Positions 52,950 to 62,755 of a DNA stretch of 64,000 nt are shown one piece after another. The stretch is from an uncultured Pseudobdellovibrionaceae bacterium. GTDB taxonomy: Bacteria; Bdellovibrionota; Bdellovibrionia; Bdellovibrionales; UBA1609. The notes under the pieces were generated by a model that did no database searches, had not been told where the DNA came from, and worked only from the letters and a program-made list of their open reading frames with translations. How positions within the stretch are numbered: position 1 is the stretch's first letter; each line of letters opens with the position of its first letter. The position numbers and the translations under genes were made by a program. The stretch is from the NCBI GenBank assembly GCA_963803705.1, contig CAWDNU010000003.1, positions 224,001 to 288,000 on the forward strand, written 5' to 3'.

Positions 52950-53950
52950 ATACAGATTTTCAAGAAAATATGATTGATGAGTTTTTTAATAAAAACAGTC
53001 AAACATTTTCAAAAGCCGTAGATAAAGTAGAACTTTCAAATGAAAACCTGACTGAAAACCTAAGGTGCGGTTTCGTATCGGTTATCGGACTACCTAACGC
53101 AGGGAAATCCACTTTGGTTAACCGCATTATTGGAGAACAGGTTTCCATCGTGAGCCCCAAGGCCCAAACAACTAGACAATGTGTAACGGGTATTTATACT
53201 AAAGATTCAAATCAAATAATTTTTGTTGATGCTCCTGGCTTCATTCAGGCAGATACAGGTTTAAATCACTTTATCCAAAGTCAATGGGAAGATTCCGTAA
53301 AAGATTGTGATGTGGTGCTGGGTGTTCTTAACTTGGACTGTGATACCGAAGAAAAAATATCAAACGCGATTAACACCCTAGCCTCTATCAACAAACCTAA
53401 ATTTGCGTACATAAATAAGGTTGATATTGTGAAATACGCCGAGCGCTTATTTCTAATTGAACAAAAGTTAAGAGATCAAAACATTGAATATGTTTTTGGC
53501 TCTGCAGTTTCAGCAAGCCAAGAAAATTTGAACGCTCTTATAAAAAATATATCTGAACGCTTACCCAAGACAAAAAATTTCATTTACGATAAAAGTCTAT
53601 ACACCTTACAAACAGAAAAAGAAATTGCGGCTGAGATTATTAGGGAAAAGTGTTTTAACTTGTTAGGTCAAGAAATTCCTTATCAGATAGGCGTCCATAT
53701 TATCGCTTTCAAAGAGGATCTGAAGTGTACCAAAATATATGCTGATATTTGGATATCTAAAGAAAGATATAAGAAAATTGTAGTAGGACAAAAGGGTGCT
53801 AAAATTCAAGACATCGGCACAGAGGCTAGAAAAGGTATTGAAAAAACCTTGGGAACCAAAGTCTATTTAAGTTTAAAAGTAAAACTTAAAGACTCATGGA
53901 CTAAAAAACCTAATATGTTGAAGGAAATTGGTTATGAGCGTAGAAAATAA
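52946..53950 (+). CDS. era: GTPase Era
   Basis: GLPNAGKST, AQTTR, DAPG, NKVD, KH domain (EIPY, IVVGQKG). Confidence 0.96.
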   Translation: MNTDFQENMIDEFFNKNSQTFSKAVDKVELSNENLTENLRCGFVSVIGLPNAGKSTLVNRIIGEQVSIVSPKAQTTRQCVTGIYTKDSNQIIFVDAPGFIQADTGLNHFIQSQWEDSVKDCDVVLGVLNLDCDTEEKISNAINTLASINKPKFAYINKVDIVKYAERLFLIEQKLRDQNIEYVFGSAVSASQENLNALIKNISERLPKTKNFIYDKSLYTLQTEKEIAAEIIREKCFNLLGQEIPYQIGVHIIAFKEDLKCTKIYADIWISKERYKKIVVGQKGAKIQDIGTEARKGIEKTLGTKVYLSLKVKLKDSWTKKPNMLKEIGYERRK

Positions 53951-55391
53951 ATCTATCGACAAAGGCGAAAACTTTACCAACAAATATCCGAATGATGGTT
54001 TTAGGCCAAATGTTTCACCACTAGTTGATAACTTGAACACTAAGATTATGCAGACCTCACTTTTGAAGGTGGCCATAGTTGGTCGCCCTAATGTTGGTAA
54101 AAGTTCTTTATTTAACTATTTAACCCGGACAAGAGACGCTGTTGTTAAAGATGAGCCAGGTGTTACCAGAGACATAAAAAAAGGTCTTGCCGATTGGTGG
54201 GGACATGAATTTTATGTTTTTGACACAGGTGGTGTTACGGATGGAAAAGACGTGCTTTTTGAAATGGTAAAAAAGCAGGTGCTGCAATCCTTAGAATCTA
54301 TGGATCTGATCGTTTTTATGATGGATGGCAGAGGAGGGCTTTCGCCGGAAGATCAGAGTTTGTATCAAATAATAAAACGGTCTGGAAAACCATTTAAAGC
54401 AGTAGTCAATAAGATGGATCGTCAACAAGATATTGAAATGATGATGGGGGATTTTTACCAACTAGGAACAAGTGATTTTATTCCTATTTCAGTCGAGCAT
54501 CAGTCCGGCATTGAAGACCTAATCGAATGGTTTGGTTCTGTCAAAGAAACTTCTAATCTGTCAGAGCAAACTGCTGAAGATACAGAACTAGATTCTAGAA
54601 TTAACATTGCAATTGTGGGTAAGCCTAATGTAGGTAAGAGCTCTATATTAAATTGTGTTTTTGGAGAAAATAAGCAAGTAGTTTTTGATCAACCAGGCAC
54701 CACAGTTGATTTTGTAGACCACGACTTTGATTACGGGGAACAAAAATACACACTGATTGATACCGCTGGTCTTAGACGTCAATCTAAGCGAGAAGACGGT
54801 ATCGAATATTTGTCCGCAGTAAAAAGCTTTGATGCCATCAGGCGCTCTGATATCATGCTTTTGGTTGTGGATGCTCAAGAAGGTCCTACACGGCAAGACG
54901 CCAAGCTGATAGAGCATTTAATTGAAAACCATAAGCCTGTCCTACTAGTTTTTAACAAGTCTGATTTAGCTAGAAATGATCAAACAAATTACCGGCAAGT
55001 TTTAAAAGATAAACTTCAAAGGGAATTTCATTTTTTCGAAGACATTAGGTTTACCTTTACCTCAGCTGTAACTGGACAAGGTATTAAAGATCTTTTTGAG
55101 TTAGTAGATAAAACCTGGCAGGATCTAAATATTAAAATCCCGACCTCGAAATTAAACAAGTTCTTTACTGATGTTATTAGGCAAGCGCCTGCACCAGTTT
55201 ATCACTCTAAAGATGTTAAGTTTTACTACCTAACGCAAACCCACCAAAAGCCACCGAGCTTTATTGCTTTCACAAATTTTCCAGATGGGGTGACTCCAGC
55301 TTATAGAAGGTTTTTAGCAAAAAGGATTAAAGCTCACTGGGACATTGAGGGCCTACCAATTCGTATTTTTGCCATGAAGCGTTCAAAGTAA
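53934..55391 (+). CDS. der: Ribosome biogenesis GTPase Der (EngA)
   Basis: Two G domains (GRPNVGKSS, GKPNVGKSS), DTGG/DTAG, C-terminal KH-like domain; start uncertain (53934 or 54048). Confidence 0.96.
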   Translation: MSVENKSIDKGENFTNKYPNDGFRPNVSPLVDNLNTKIMQTSLLKVAIVGRPNVGKSSLFNYLTRTRDAVVKDEPGVTRDIKKGLADWWGHEFYVFDTGGVTDGKDVLFEMVKKQVLQSLESMDLIVFMMDGRGGLSPEDQSLYQIIKRSGKPFKAVVNKMDRQQDIEMMMGDFYQLGTSDFIPISVEHQSGIEDLIEWFGSVKETSNLSEQTAEDTELDSRINIAIVGKPNVGKSSILNCVFGENKQVVFDQPGTTVDFVDHDFDYGEQKYTLIDTAGLRRQSKREDGIEYLSAVKSFDAIRRSDIMLLVVDAQEGPTRQDAKLIEHLIENHKPVLLVFNKSDLARNDQTNYRQVLKDKLQREFHFFEDIRFTFTSAVTGQGIKDLFELVDKTWQDLNIKIPTSKLNKFFTDVIRQAPAPVYHSKDVKFYYLTQTHQKPPSFIAFTNFPDGVTPAYRRFLAKRIKAHWDIEGLPIRIFAMKRSK

Positions 55392-55407
55392 ATTTAAGGA
55401 TAAAGTA

Positions 55408-56778
55408 ATGACTAAAAATCAAAAAAGATTTGGTTTGTATTTTATCACCATGGTCACAGCTTACGGTTTAGGTAATATTTGGCGATTTCCATACCTTGTT
55501 TTCGATTATGGACAAGGTGCTTTTTTGCTGCTTTTCTGCTTTTTGTGTTTCTTTATCGGAGTTCCATTAATTGTAACTGAAGTTTTAATGGGAAAGTCTT
55601 TTAATGATAGAGATTACGAAAGCTCAAGCCATATTCTAAAAAGTGTTTTCTCTAAGGCTAAGTTTCCGTTGATATGGTGGCTTCCTAGCATAATCACTTT
55701 GCTTGTACTTTCGTATTATACTTTAATCAGTTGTTGGGTTTTGCATTATATTTCAAGACTAATTTTTGCCCAGATCACTAAATCAGGTTTTGCAGTTAAC
55801 ACTGTGTTCGTAGATTTAATGAATCGACCCGTGCTTTTAATCCTGTTAAGTAGTGCGCATGTACTGATTATTTATTTGTTTTTAAACAAAGGTGAAAAAT
55901 TAAAATACAGATTTTGGATATCAGCGGTCTTCCCTTGCCTAACTTTCATTTTAGGTTATATCGCTTACAGGTATTTTACTTCCGATGATATGTTCGATAC
56001 GGCGAAAACCTTATTGTATCCAAATTTTTTAATGCTAAAAAAAGAGAGTTTAAACTACGCGCTTGGACACATGTTGTTCACCTTAAGCCTTGGTTTCGGA
56101 ACTCTAATTGGTGCGGGCCAAAGCTTAACGACTGGGTCTTCGACCACGTCAGCTTCTGCAAGACTAGGATTAACTGATAGTGCGATTTCAATAATTCTTT
56201 TAGCTGCTATATTTCCAATGGTTTTAAACACCGGGTTTCACGGACGAGGATCAGAAATTCTTTTTTACGTCATCCCCAGGTACTTTTCCGAGCATGGCTT
56301 AAGTCTTTTTATGGCCACAGTGTTTTACCTGCTGATTTACTTGTGCTCATTAACGGCGGGTCTTGGGCTAACTGAGTCCTTGTCTTCAAATATTTACGAA
56401 TCCTCTAGGCTATCAAAAAGCCAAAGCCATCTTGGGTCCTGTCTTCTGGTGTTTTTATCTAGTGTAACGTTTATCTTTTTATCTGAACTAACTCATATAA
56501 ACTCATTTAATTTTTTTGGTGTAAACATTCATAGCCTTAGTATTAGTGAGGTTGTTGTATTGGTGGATGACATTTTAATTAACTTTTTACTTCCTATCTC
56601 AGTAATTATTGGTCTTAGGGCTGCTTTGACACATTTAGATTCCAAGTATGTCAAAGAGGATTTTGCAATCAATGAGGGGATAAAAGCTTGGCCTTACTAC
56701 CTATACTGGAAGTTTATTATTAAGATCGGCTTTCCTTTACTCTTCATAATTTCACTTATCCTTCGCTTTGTATTATGA
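55408..56778 (+). CDS. Sodium-dependent transporter (NSS/SNF family)
   Basis: GLGNIWRFPYL..GAFL, ALGHMLFTLSLGFG, about 11 TMs. Confidence 0.88.
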   Translation: MTKNQKRFGLYFITMVTAYGLGNIWRFPYLVFDYGQGAFLLLFCFLCFFIGVPLIVTEVLMGKSFNDRDYESSSHILKSVFSKAKFPLIWWLPSIITLLVLSYYTLISCWVLHYISRLIFAQITKSGFAVNTVFVDLMNRPVLLILLSSAHVLIIYLFLNKGEKLKYRFWISAVFPCLTFILGYIAYRYFTSDDMFDTAKTLLYPNFLMLKKESLNYALGHMLFTLSLGFGTLIGAGQSLTTGSSTTSASARLGLTDSAISIILLAAIFPMVLNTGFHGRGSEILFYVIPRYFSEHGLSLFMATVFYLLIYLCSLTAGLGLTESLSSNIYESSRLSKSQSHLGSCLLVFLSSVTFIFLSELTHINSFNFFGVNIHSLSISEVVVLVDDILINFLLPISVIIGLRAALTHLDSKYVKEDFAINEGIKAWPYYLYWKFIIKIGFPLLFIISLILRFVL

Positions 56779-57014
56779 TTTTAAGTTGATAGTTTTAAAT
56801 TTTAGCTTAAGTATTTATAGATTATCTCTATACACTAAAAGCTCATACAAGCAGTGTCACTTGAGTTGCTACAGTTCTGCCCCGCCAAAAGCGGAGCTTC
56901 ACCTGCAACTCTTCGCGCCACAGAACTCGTTTTAGTGTATAGAGATAATCTATAAATACTTAAGCTAAAATTTAAAACTATCAACTTAAAATCATAATAC
57001 AAAGCGAAGGATAA
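56756..57014. repeat. Long palindromic element, copy C (85-bp perfect arms, 89-nt structured core, oriented opposite to A and B)
   Basis: 56756-56840 is the exact reverse complement of 56930-57014; on the minus strand the core reads AAAA-CGAGTTC...GTATGAGC-TTTT. Confidence 0.92.
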
Positions 57015-57494
57015 ATGGAAACAATTAAGATAAAAACAGCATATTTAGCGGCAGGATGTTTTTGGGGTGTGCAATATAAATTAGATCGATTAAACGGTGT
57101 AACTGCAACAGAGGTGGGGTATATTGGTGGCTCAACTGACAACCCAACTTATCGCGATATTTGTAACTTAGAAACTGGCCATGCAGAAGTCGTTAAGGTG
57201 ACTTACGATGAGTCCTTACTTGAGTATAGTGATCTGCTGCATTTCTTTTTTTCCATACATGACCCCACGACTTTAAATCGACAGGGTCCAGATATTGGGA
57301 CTCAGTATAGGTCTGCTATTTTTACACAAGATGACAGCGAAGTTTCAATTGCTAAAAATATTATCGTAGACCTTGGTCAAAAGATTGGGCGACAGGTAGC
57401 CACGCAAGTCGAATCCAAACTAAATTATTTTACTGCCGAAGAGTATCACCAAAAGTATGTCGATAAAAACCCCGGGTCTTGTCACATTGAATGA
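57015..57494 (+). CDS. msrA: Peptide-methionine (S)-S-oxide reductase
   Basis: GCFWG, TGHAEVV, HDPTTLNRQGPDIGTQYRS, AEEYHQKY. Confidence 0.96.
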   Translation: METIKIKTAYLAAGCFWGVQYKLDRLNGVTATEVGYIGGSTDNPTYRDICNLETGHAEVVKVTYDESLLEYSDLLHFFFSIHDPTTLNRQGPDIGTQYRSAIFTQDDSEVSIAKNIIVDLGQKIGRQVATQVESKLNYFTAEEYHQKYVDKNPGSCHIE

Positions 57495-57598
57495 GAGCAA
57501 TGTGGAGTGATCTCCATGTCAAAATAATTTAGAATCCATTTTGGTGCTCGATAATTAGGGTATTGAAGCAATCGTGCTTCTAAAACGGAGACCACCAC

Positions 57599-57853
57599 AT
57601 GAAAAATAAATCTTTAATTTTAAAATTAGTTGCCGCAACTGCACTTTTTGCAAATTTTGCCTATGCAGCACCGAAATCTACAAAAAAAGTCACAAAAACA
57701 GAAGTGAGTGATAGCTACGACGATATGGAAGATTCTGAATATCAAGTCAAAAAAGAGACTGTAAAGCCAGTGGCAAAAAAAGCACCAAGTCGCTACAATA
57801 AGTCAGCCAAGTATTCAAAAAAACAAACAAAAAAAACAAAATCTAGAATGTAG
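57599..57853 (+). CDS. Small secreted Lys-rich hypothetical protein
   Basis: GGAG RBS, signal peptide ending AYA. Confidence 0.7.
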   Translation: MKNKSLILKLVAATALFANFAYAAPKSTKKVTKTEVSDSYDDMEDSEYQVKKETVKPVAKKAPSRYNKSAKYSKKQTKKTKSRM

Positions 57854-57894
57854 TAGCTGCTTAAACTGAATTTGATTTTAAATATATCACTAAA

Positions 57895-57963
57895 AAAAAG
57901 CGAACCACGATATCTACCTGTATCTACTTCTGAGATACAGGTAGATATCGTGGTTCGCTTTTT
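57895..57963. terminator. 31-bp perfect hairpin, probable bidirectional terminator
   Basis: 57895-57925 is the exact reverse complement of 57933-57963, 7-nt loop, A/T tracts at the ends, between convergent genes. Confidence 0.75.
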
Positions 57964-58098
57964 AGATCATTAGAATGTACAGAGTTAAAAGTGCTAGTTC
58001 AAACTTATTAGTAACTAGAATAGGAGTTTAGGTTCAATTAGAGAAAATATTGGTTTTTAGCCTTGCTGGTCTTTAGATCAGTATTGAATACAAACATA

Positions 58099-58788
58099 TC
58101 ATACTCTAAGAGTTAAGCTATAACCAAAATTTTTGACAGTGTTCAAACTTAATTTCGTTCGCATTATTTTTTTGCGCAGATGGGCAATGTGGCTATCGAT
58201 AGTTCGCTCTGTGATAAAGGTATTTGACCATACATTATCTAAAATTTGTTGCCTTGAGTACACCTGCTCCATACGTTTTGATAGCATTTTTAAAATTTTT
58301 ATTTCGTAAGCTGTCAACTGCAGGTCAATTTCTTTGGATTTAGAAATTTGAAAAACCTTTTGACGATCTAAGTCCAAAACAACATCCCCAAGTTGGATTC
58401 TATTTTTTTGATCGCTACTTGATCTTCTTTTCATAATCCTAGCGTCAACTCTGGCTTTTAATTCAATAGGATCAAAAGGCTTTTCAATAAAGTCCTCGAC
58501 CCCCAGGCTAAAAGCCAGGACTTTGTTTGAAATATCTTTATGATTTGAAAATATTAATACAGGTATATCTTTTGAATCTGGACCTTGCAAAAATTTGTTA
58601 ACGAATCTAAGCCCATCGCCGTCGGGCAGCCGAATGTCTACAAGCAAAGAAGAAAATTGGTGTTCGCAAAGCAAGGATTCTGCCTCTGATAAACTATGCG
58701 CTGAAATAACGTGATACTGACTAAGCGTCGCTTCAACTACGGCTTGAATTGTTAAATCATCGTCAATACATAAGATTTTATCTTTCAT
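58099..58788 (-). CDS. OmpR/PhoB-family response regulator (orphan)
   Basis: IDDD, VDIRLPDGDG, KPFDPIEL, winged helix RTIDSHIAHLRKK. Confidence 0.93.
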   Translation of the reverse strand: MKDKILCIDDDLTIQAVVEATLSQYHVISAHSLSEAESLLCEHQFSSLLVDIRLPDGDGLRFVNKFLQGPDSKDIPVLIFSNHKDISNKVLAFSLGVEDFIEKPFDPIELKARVDARIMKRRSSSDQKNRIQLGDVVLDLDRQKVFQISKSKEIDLQLTAYEIKILKMLSKRMEQVYSRQQILDNVWSNTFITERTIDSHIAHLRKKIMRTKLSLNTVKNFGYSLTLRV

Positions 58789-59045
58789 CTTCTAAAATTC
58801 TATCATCACTAGTTTAACAAAAGAAGAAAAATTCAAGTTGGAGGTCTCTCCACATTAAATCATCTGCCACAGATGAACTTTCCAAGTTTTTTTCAAAACT
58901 TGAATTGTGCGATGACATTGATTTAGCAGTAGAATTAATCAAACAGATAAAATTCGAAATACCCAGGGTGAAACGATGACTCTCGGCCGATACTAACTTG
59001 TTATCGTCCCTTCAAGGCTTAGATATAAATAAAGTATGATTGGGT

Positions 59046-59804
59046 TTAGTAATTGATACCTATAGTGGCCATCAAGGTCACCGGGTCTCCCGATTGGTCT
59101 AAATTTGTAGAACCTGTTCCGGTGAAGTCTGGATCGGGTAATTTATTACCTTCTCCTGGGAAAGTAGCAAGCTGATATAGCAGTTGAAAGCCAACAAAAT
59201 TCTTTTTGTTATTAAATATGTATTCAACGCCTGCTCCTAAATCAAAACTTTGAGCATTGTCGCTACCTTTTACAATTGAACTGCTAGTAGAGTGGGATCT
59301 ACGAATTTGAGATACACCGCCTATTATATAAGGATTCCATTCAGCGAAAGCTCTTGTCATATTTTGAGTGTTGAAGAAATACTTACCGTGTAAGTTTATG
59401 TCAAAAAGACGCATTTTTGAATTAAACTGGCTTCCATCATTAGCTCTGAAAGAAAAATTATGATCACTGGTTGATAATCCTACCTGAAATGCAAATTGAA
59501 GATCAAAAAAGTAAGTTAAAAACATTCCGAAACTTGCAGCCTCACTGTAAAAATCAGAATAACCACCGGTGAAGCCTTTTAAACCAGCAGAGATACCTAT
59601 GTTCAAAAGCCTACCATTTCTAAAGAAATTGATATCAGCTTCTTCATCAGAGGCTTCGGTAAATTCAGTATAATCAGAAAATGGATCATAATTTTCTTCA
59701 GACTGAATTTCATCTTGGGCCCATAGGGGACTGTTAAAACTTAGGGCTAAGATAGTAAGCTGACATACGATAAAAAAGAGGGATGTTTTTTTAATTAAAT
59801 TCAT
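59046..59804 (-). CDS. Outer-membrane beta-barrel protein
   Basis: Signal peptide, acidic N-terminus, 8-strand-like pattern (PYIIGG, DLGAGVEY), terminal aromatic residue. Confidence 0.75.
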   Translation of the reverse strand: MNLIKKTSLFFIVCQLTILALSFNSPLWAQDEIQSEENYDPFSDYTEFTEASDEEADINFFRNGRLLNIGISAGLKGFTGGYSDFYSEAASFGMFLTYFFDLQFAFQVGLSTSDHNFSFRANDGSQFNSKMRLFDINLHGKYFFNTQNMTRAFAEWNPYIIGGVSQIRRSHSTSSSIVKGSDNAQSFDLGAGVEYIFNNKKNFVGFQLLYQLATFPGEGNKLPDPDFTGTGSTNLDQSGDPVTLMATIGINY

Positions 59805-59907
59805 AGATTAAGTCTAAAAGAGCTTAGGTTATTTGGCAAAATTCGAGCAATATTAGGACGCAGGTTTTTTGAAGAACTTGACCTATGTCATGTAAGATCA
59901 TAATTAT

Positions 59908-60921
59908 GTGGCTATGGATCCAATAGATTATAAAACCAGTGGTGTAGATATCCAAAAAGGTGATGCTTTTGTCGAATGGATCAAGCAGACTCAGCCAAAA
60001 AATCAGCCTCATCAAAGTCAAATCATCGACGGTTTGGGTGGTTTCGCCGGTGTATTCAAAGCCAATTTTAAATCTATGGAGGACCCATGTTTGGTGGCCT
60101 CCACTGACGGGGTCGGCACTAAGCTGTTGTTAGGCGAAAAGTACAATCGTATAGAAGACTTGGGGCAAGACTTAGTGGCAATGTGTGTAAACGACTTAGT
60201 GTGTTTAGGTGCGGATCCGTTATTTTTCTTAGACTATTATGCATGTGGTAAGCTAGATTTAGACAAAGCCAAGGCCTTTGTAACAGGCGTTAGAAATGCG
60301 TGCTTAAAATCTAATTTATTTCTTCTTGGCGGGGAAACAGCTGAAATGCCCGGCCTATATTCAGAGCATCAATTTGATGGAGCAGGTTTTGCCGTAGGTG
60401 TTGTTGATCAGAAGTCTATTTGGGGTAAGCATAACGTAGAGGCAGGTCACAGACTTGTCGCTGTTGAATCTTCGGGCTTTCATTCAAACGGTTATTCTTT
60501 ACTTAGAAATGTGTTCAAAGATGATTTGGACGAGTGGATTGATTTTTTACTTAAACCCACCCATCTATATGTCGAGTTGACTCAAAAATTAAGAACTGAA
60601 AAGTTAAATATTAAGGCGTGCGCTAATATAACCGGTGGGGGAATGTCTAATATTCCTAGATGTTTAGACAAAGATCTTCAAGCAGTTTTAATGCCATGGA
60701 ATTTGCCAGAGGCATTTCAAGAGGTCTTAAATCGGACTCAGGCCAAATTAGAAGACTTCTACGAAACACTGAATTGTGGTGTGGGCTTTGTAGTCATCAC
60801 AGACCAACAAGACCAGGTGGCCACTATTGAATGCATTCAGTCCTTAGGTTTTAAGGCTTGGGATTTAGGGGTTGTCACGAAAAAAAGTAACACTGATGAT
60901 CCTGACTGGGTCTTCGCTTAG
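59908..60921 (+). CDS. purM: Phosphoribosylformylglycinamidine cyclo-ligase
   Basis: YKTSGVDI, STDGVGTK, DLVAMCVND, GGETAEMPG, SSGFHSNGYSL. Confidence 0.97.
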   Translation: MAMDPIDYKTSGVDIQKGDAFVEWIKQTQPKNQPHQSQIIDGLGGFAGVFKANFKSMEDPCLVASTDGVGTKLLLGEKYNRIEDLGQDLVAMCVNDLVCLGADPLFFLDYYACGKLDLDKAKAFVTGVRNACLKSNLFLLGGETAEMPGLYSEHQFDGAGFAVGVVDQKSIWGKHNVEAGHRLVAVESSGFHSNGYSLLRNVFKDDLDEWIDFLLKPTHLYVELTQKLRTEKLNIKACANITGGGMSNIPRCLDKDLQAVLMPWNLPEAFQEVLNRTQAKLEDFYETLNCGVGFVVITDQQDQVATIECIQSLGFKAWDLGVVTKKSNTDDPDWVFA

Positions 60922-60924
60922 ATA

Positions 60925-61482
60925 ATGCACAGGAAATGGGCTTTATTTTTTTCTGGCAAAGGTTCAAATTTAGAAGCTGTATTAGAGAAGTATCATTTGA
61001 CTTGGAAAGTGCCTCCGGTAGTTGTTACAAACAATCCAAAAGCTTTAGGTTGCAAAGTCGCTAGCAGATTTAAATTACAGCCAATAATTCTGGAAAAGCC
61101 GATAGATTATGATCTTTTGTCTGCGACACTTAAAGAACAAAATGTTGAGCTTATTTTTTTGTTGGGTTATTTAAAAATTTTACCTGCTTCGTTTATAAAT
61201 AATTGGGCCGAAACCATTTTCAACTTACACCCCAGTCTGCTGCCTAAGTATCCAGGTTTACTAAGCATTGAAAAAGCCTGGACTGATAAAAAAAACATTG
61301 GTGTGTCTATCCACAGAGTCACCGAGGGTGTAGACCAAGGTGCAATTTTACTGCAGCAGTTAGTTCTCAAACCAAAGGATTACGACCACTTGTCTCTTGA
61401 AGAGGTTATAGCCTTAGTTCATAGTAAAGAGCATCAAATTGTGTGTGATTTTATTCCCCTGGGAGAAAAAAACATTGTCTGA
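60925..61482 (+). CDS. purN: Phosphoribosylglycinamide formyltransferase
   Basis: SGKGSNL, NLHPSLLPKYPG, HRVTEGVDQGAI. Confidence 0.92.
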   Translation: MHRKWALFFSGKGSNLEAVLEKYHLTWKVPPVVVTNNPKALGCKVASRFKLQPIILEKPIDYDLLSATLKEQNVELIFLLGYLKILPASFINNWAETIFNLHPSLLPKYPGLLSIEKAWTDKKNIGVSIHRVTEGVDQGAILLQQLVLKPKDYDHLSLEEVIALVHSKEHQIVCDFIPLGEKNIV

Positions 61483-62755
61483 ATCTACGACTCCTAAATA
61501 TGACGTATTGATTTTTAGTGTTTTTGGTCGAAATCATTGGCTTGCCTCTCAATTAAAATCTGTTGGACTGAGTGTTGCTTTGATGGATCTGACTGCTCTT
61601 TATCAAAAAGGCTTAGCTGAAGATTGGGAGGGTCCTCTTCCACTTATCTTTCCTGATTCCATGGCTCGTTCCTATAGTCAAAGCTTAGTAGATCAAGATC
61701 GTTCGGAACTGCTTAATCGCGGACCGAGTTTAAGAGTTAAAGGCAAAGGGCTGCTGGAATTTAAATCAGATCACGCGGGCTATGTGTTGGATAGTTGGCA
61801 GCAGTCTGGTCTATGGCTTACTGAAGAAGATCAAAAACCCGATGCAAATCAAACAGACAAAGCCATAAAAAAAAAGATAAATGAGTTAGAATTTAAGAAC
61901 ACATGGTTAAAGGCACTTCTGAAGCAGTGGCGGTCCAACACGCTTAAATCTTTAAGAGACGTCGACCAGAACAGTCCAGAGTTTCCACTAAATGCCAACT
62001 ATGTATTGCGGCAGCCTTCAAGAAGAGGATATATGGAAAGCTCTTCATGGCTTAAAGATACGGGTGTAGTCGTTTTACCTACGCCCTCTTGGTGGAGACT
62101 TAACCTTGAAACTGGTGGTAAATGGTCCTTGTCTTTAAAAGGCGCTAGCGAGACCACTGAATCTTTAGGCCCAACTTTAAGAGCTGACAAATTTATTTTA
62201 GGTTTGACCTCCTACGAGTTGCACAAGTTTTCGGGTCAATTTAACATTCCTGAGTTTGAGCTTAAAACTCCGACGGCATTTTGGGTACGCTGGAGAGGGA
62301 AAGTGTCCCGGCCGGAATCTTTAGATTTCATACCAAGCTATTCAATGTATTTATCAAACCCAGAGTTTGGGGTTTTTAGTGAAAATATGATCACTGTTAT
62401 CAAACGACCTAACGGCGATTTAGATATTTGGGCATGCCTGTCTATCGAGTCTTTGTCCGATCCAAACTTTCAAGATTCTATCAAAGAAACTATGGAAAAA
62501 AAGTTGCAGTCTTTCGTGCCCGAATTTGAGGGTTTAGAGTTAGAAGATCTTAGACTAGGTTCTGACTTGTTTTCTTTTTGGCCGTTGTACAAATATAAAT
62601 CTACTTCTGTTCACCAAAAATTAAATTTGATCACTGATTCTCCAGAAACTTGGTTGGCACTAGATACTCATTCACGATATTTAGGCCAGTTAAAATTGAT
62701 TGAAGAATTAAAAAATGATTTTGCATTACTGTCTGCAGGAGCAAAGAAAAAATGA
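61475..62755 (+). CDS. Hypothetical protein, possible degenerate FAD-dependent oxidoreductase fold
   Basis: YDVLIF..LASQLKSVGLSVALMD beta-alpha-beta pattern without GxGxxG; overlaps purN and purB. Confidence 0.65.
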   Translation: MSESTTPKYDVLIFSVFGRNHWLASQLKSVGLSVALMDLTALYQKGLAEDWEGPLPLIFPDSMARSYSQSLVDQDRSELLNRGPSLRVKGKGLLEFKSDHAGYVLDSWQQSGLWLTEEDQKPDANQTDKAIKKKINELEFKNTWLKALLKQWRSNTLKSLRDVDQNSPEFPLNANYVLRQPSRRGYMESSSWLKDTGVVVLPTPSWWRLNLETGGKWSLSLKGASETTESLGPTLRADKFILGLTSYELHKFSGQFNIPEFELKTPTAFWVRWRGKVSRPESLDFIPSYSMYLSNPEFGVFSENMITVIKRPNGDLDIWACLSIESLSDPNFQDSIKETMEKKLQSFVPEFEGLELEDLRLGSDLFSFWPLYKYKSTSVHQKLNLITDSPETWLALDTHSRYLGQLKLIEELKNDFALLSAGAKKK

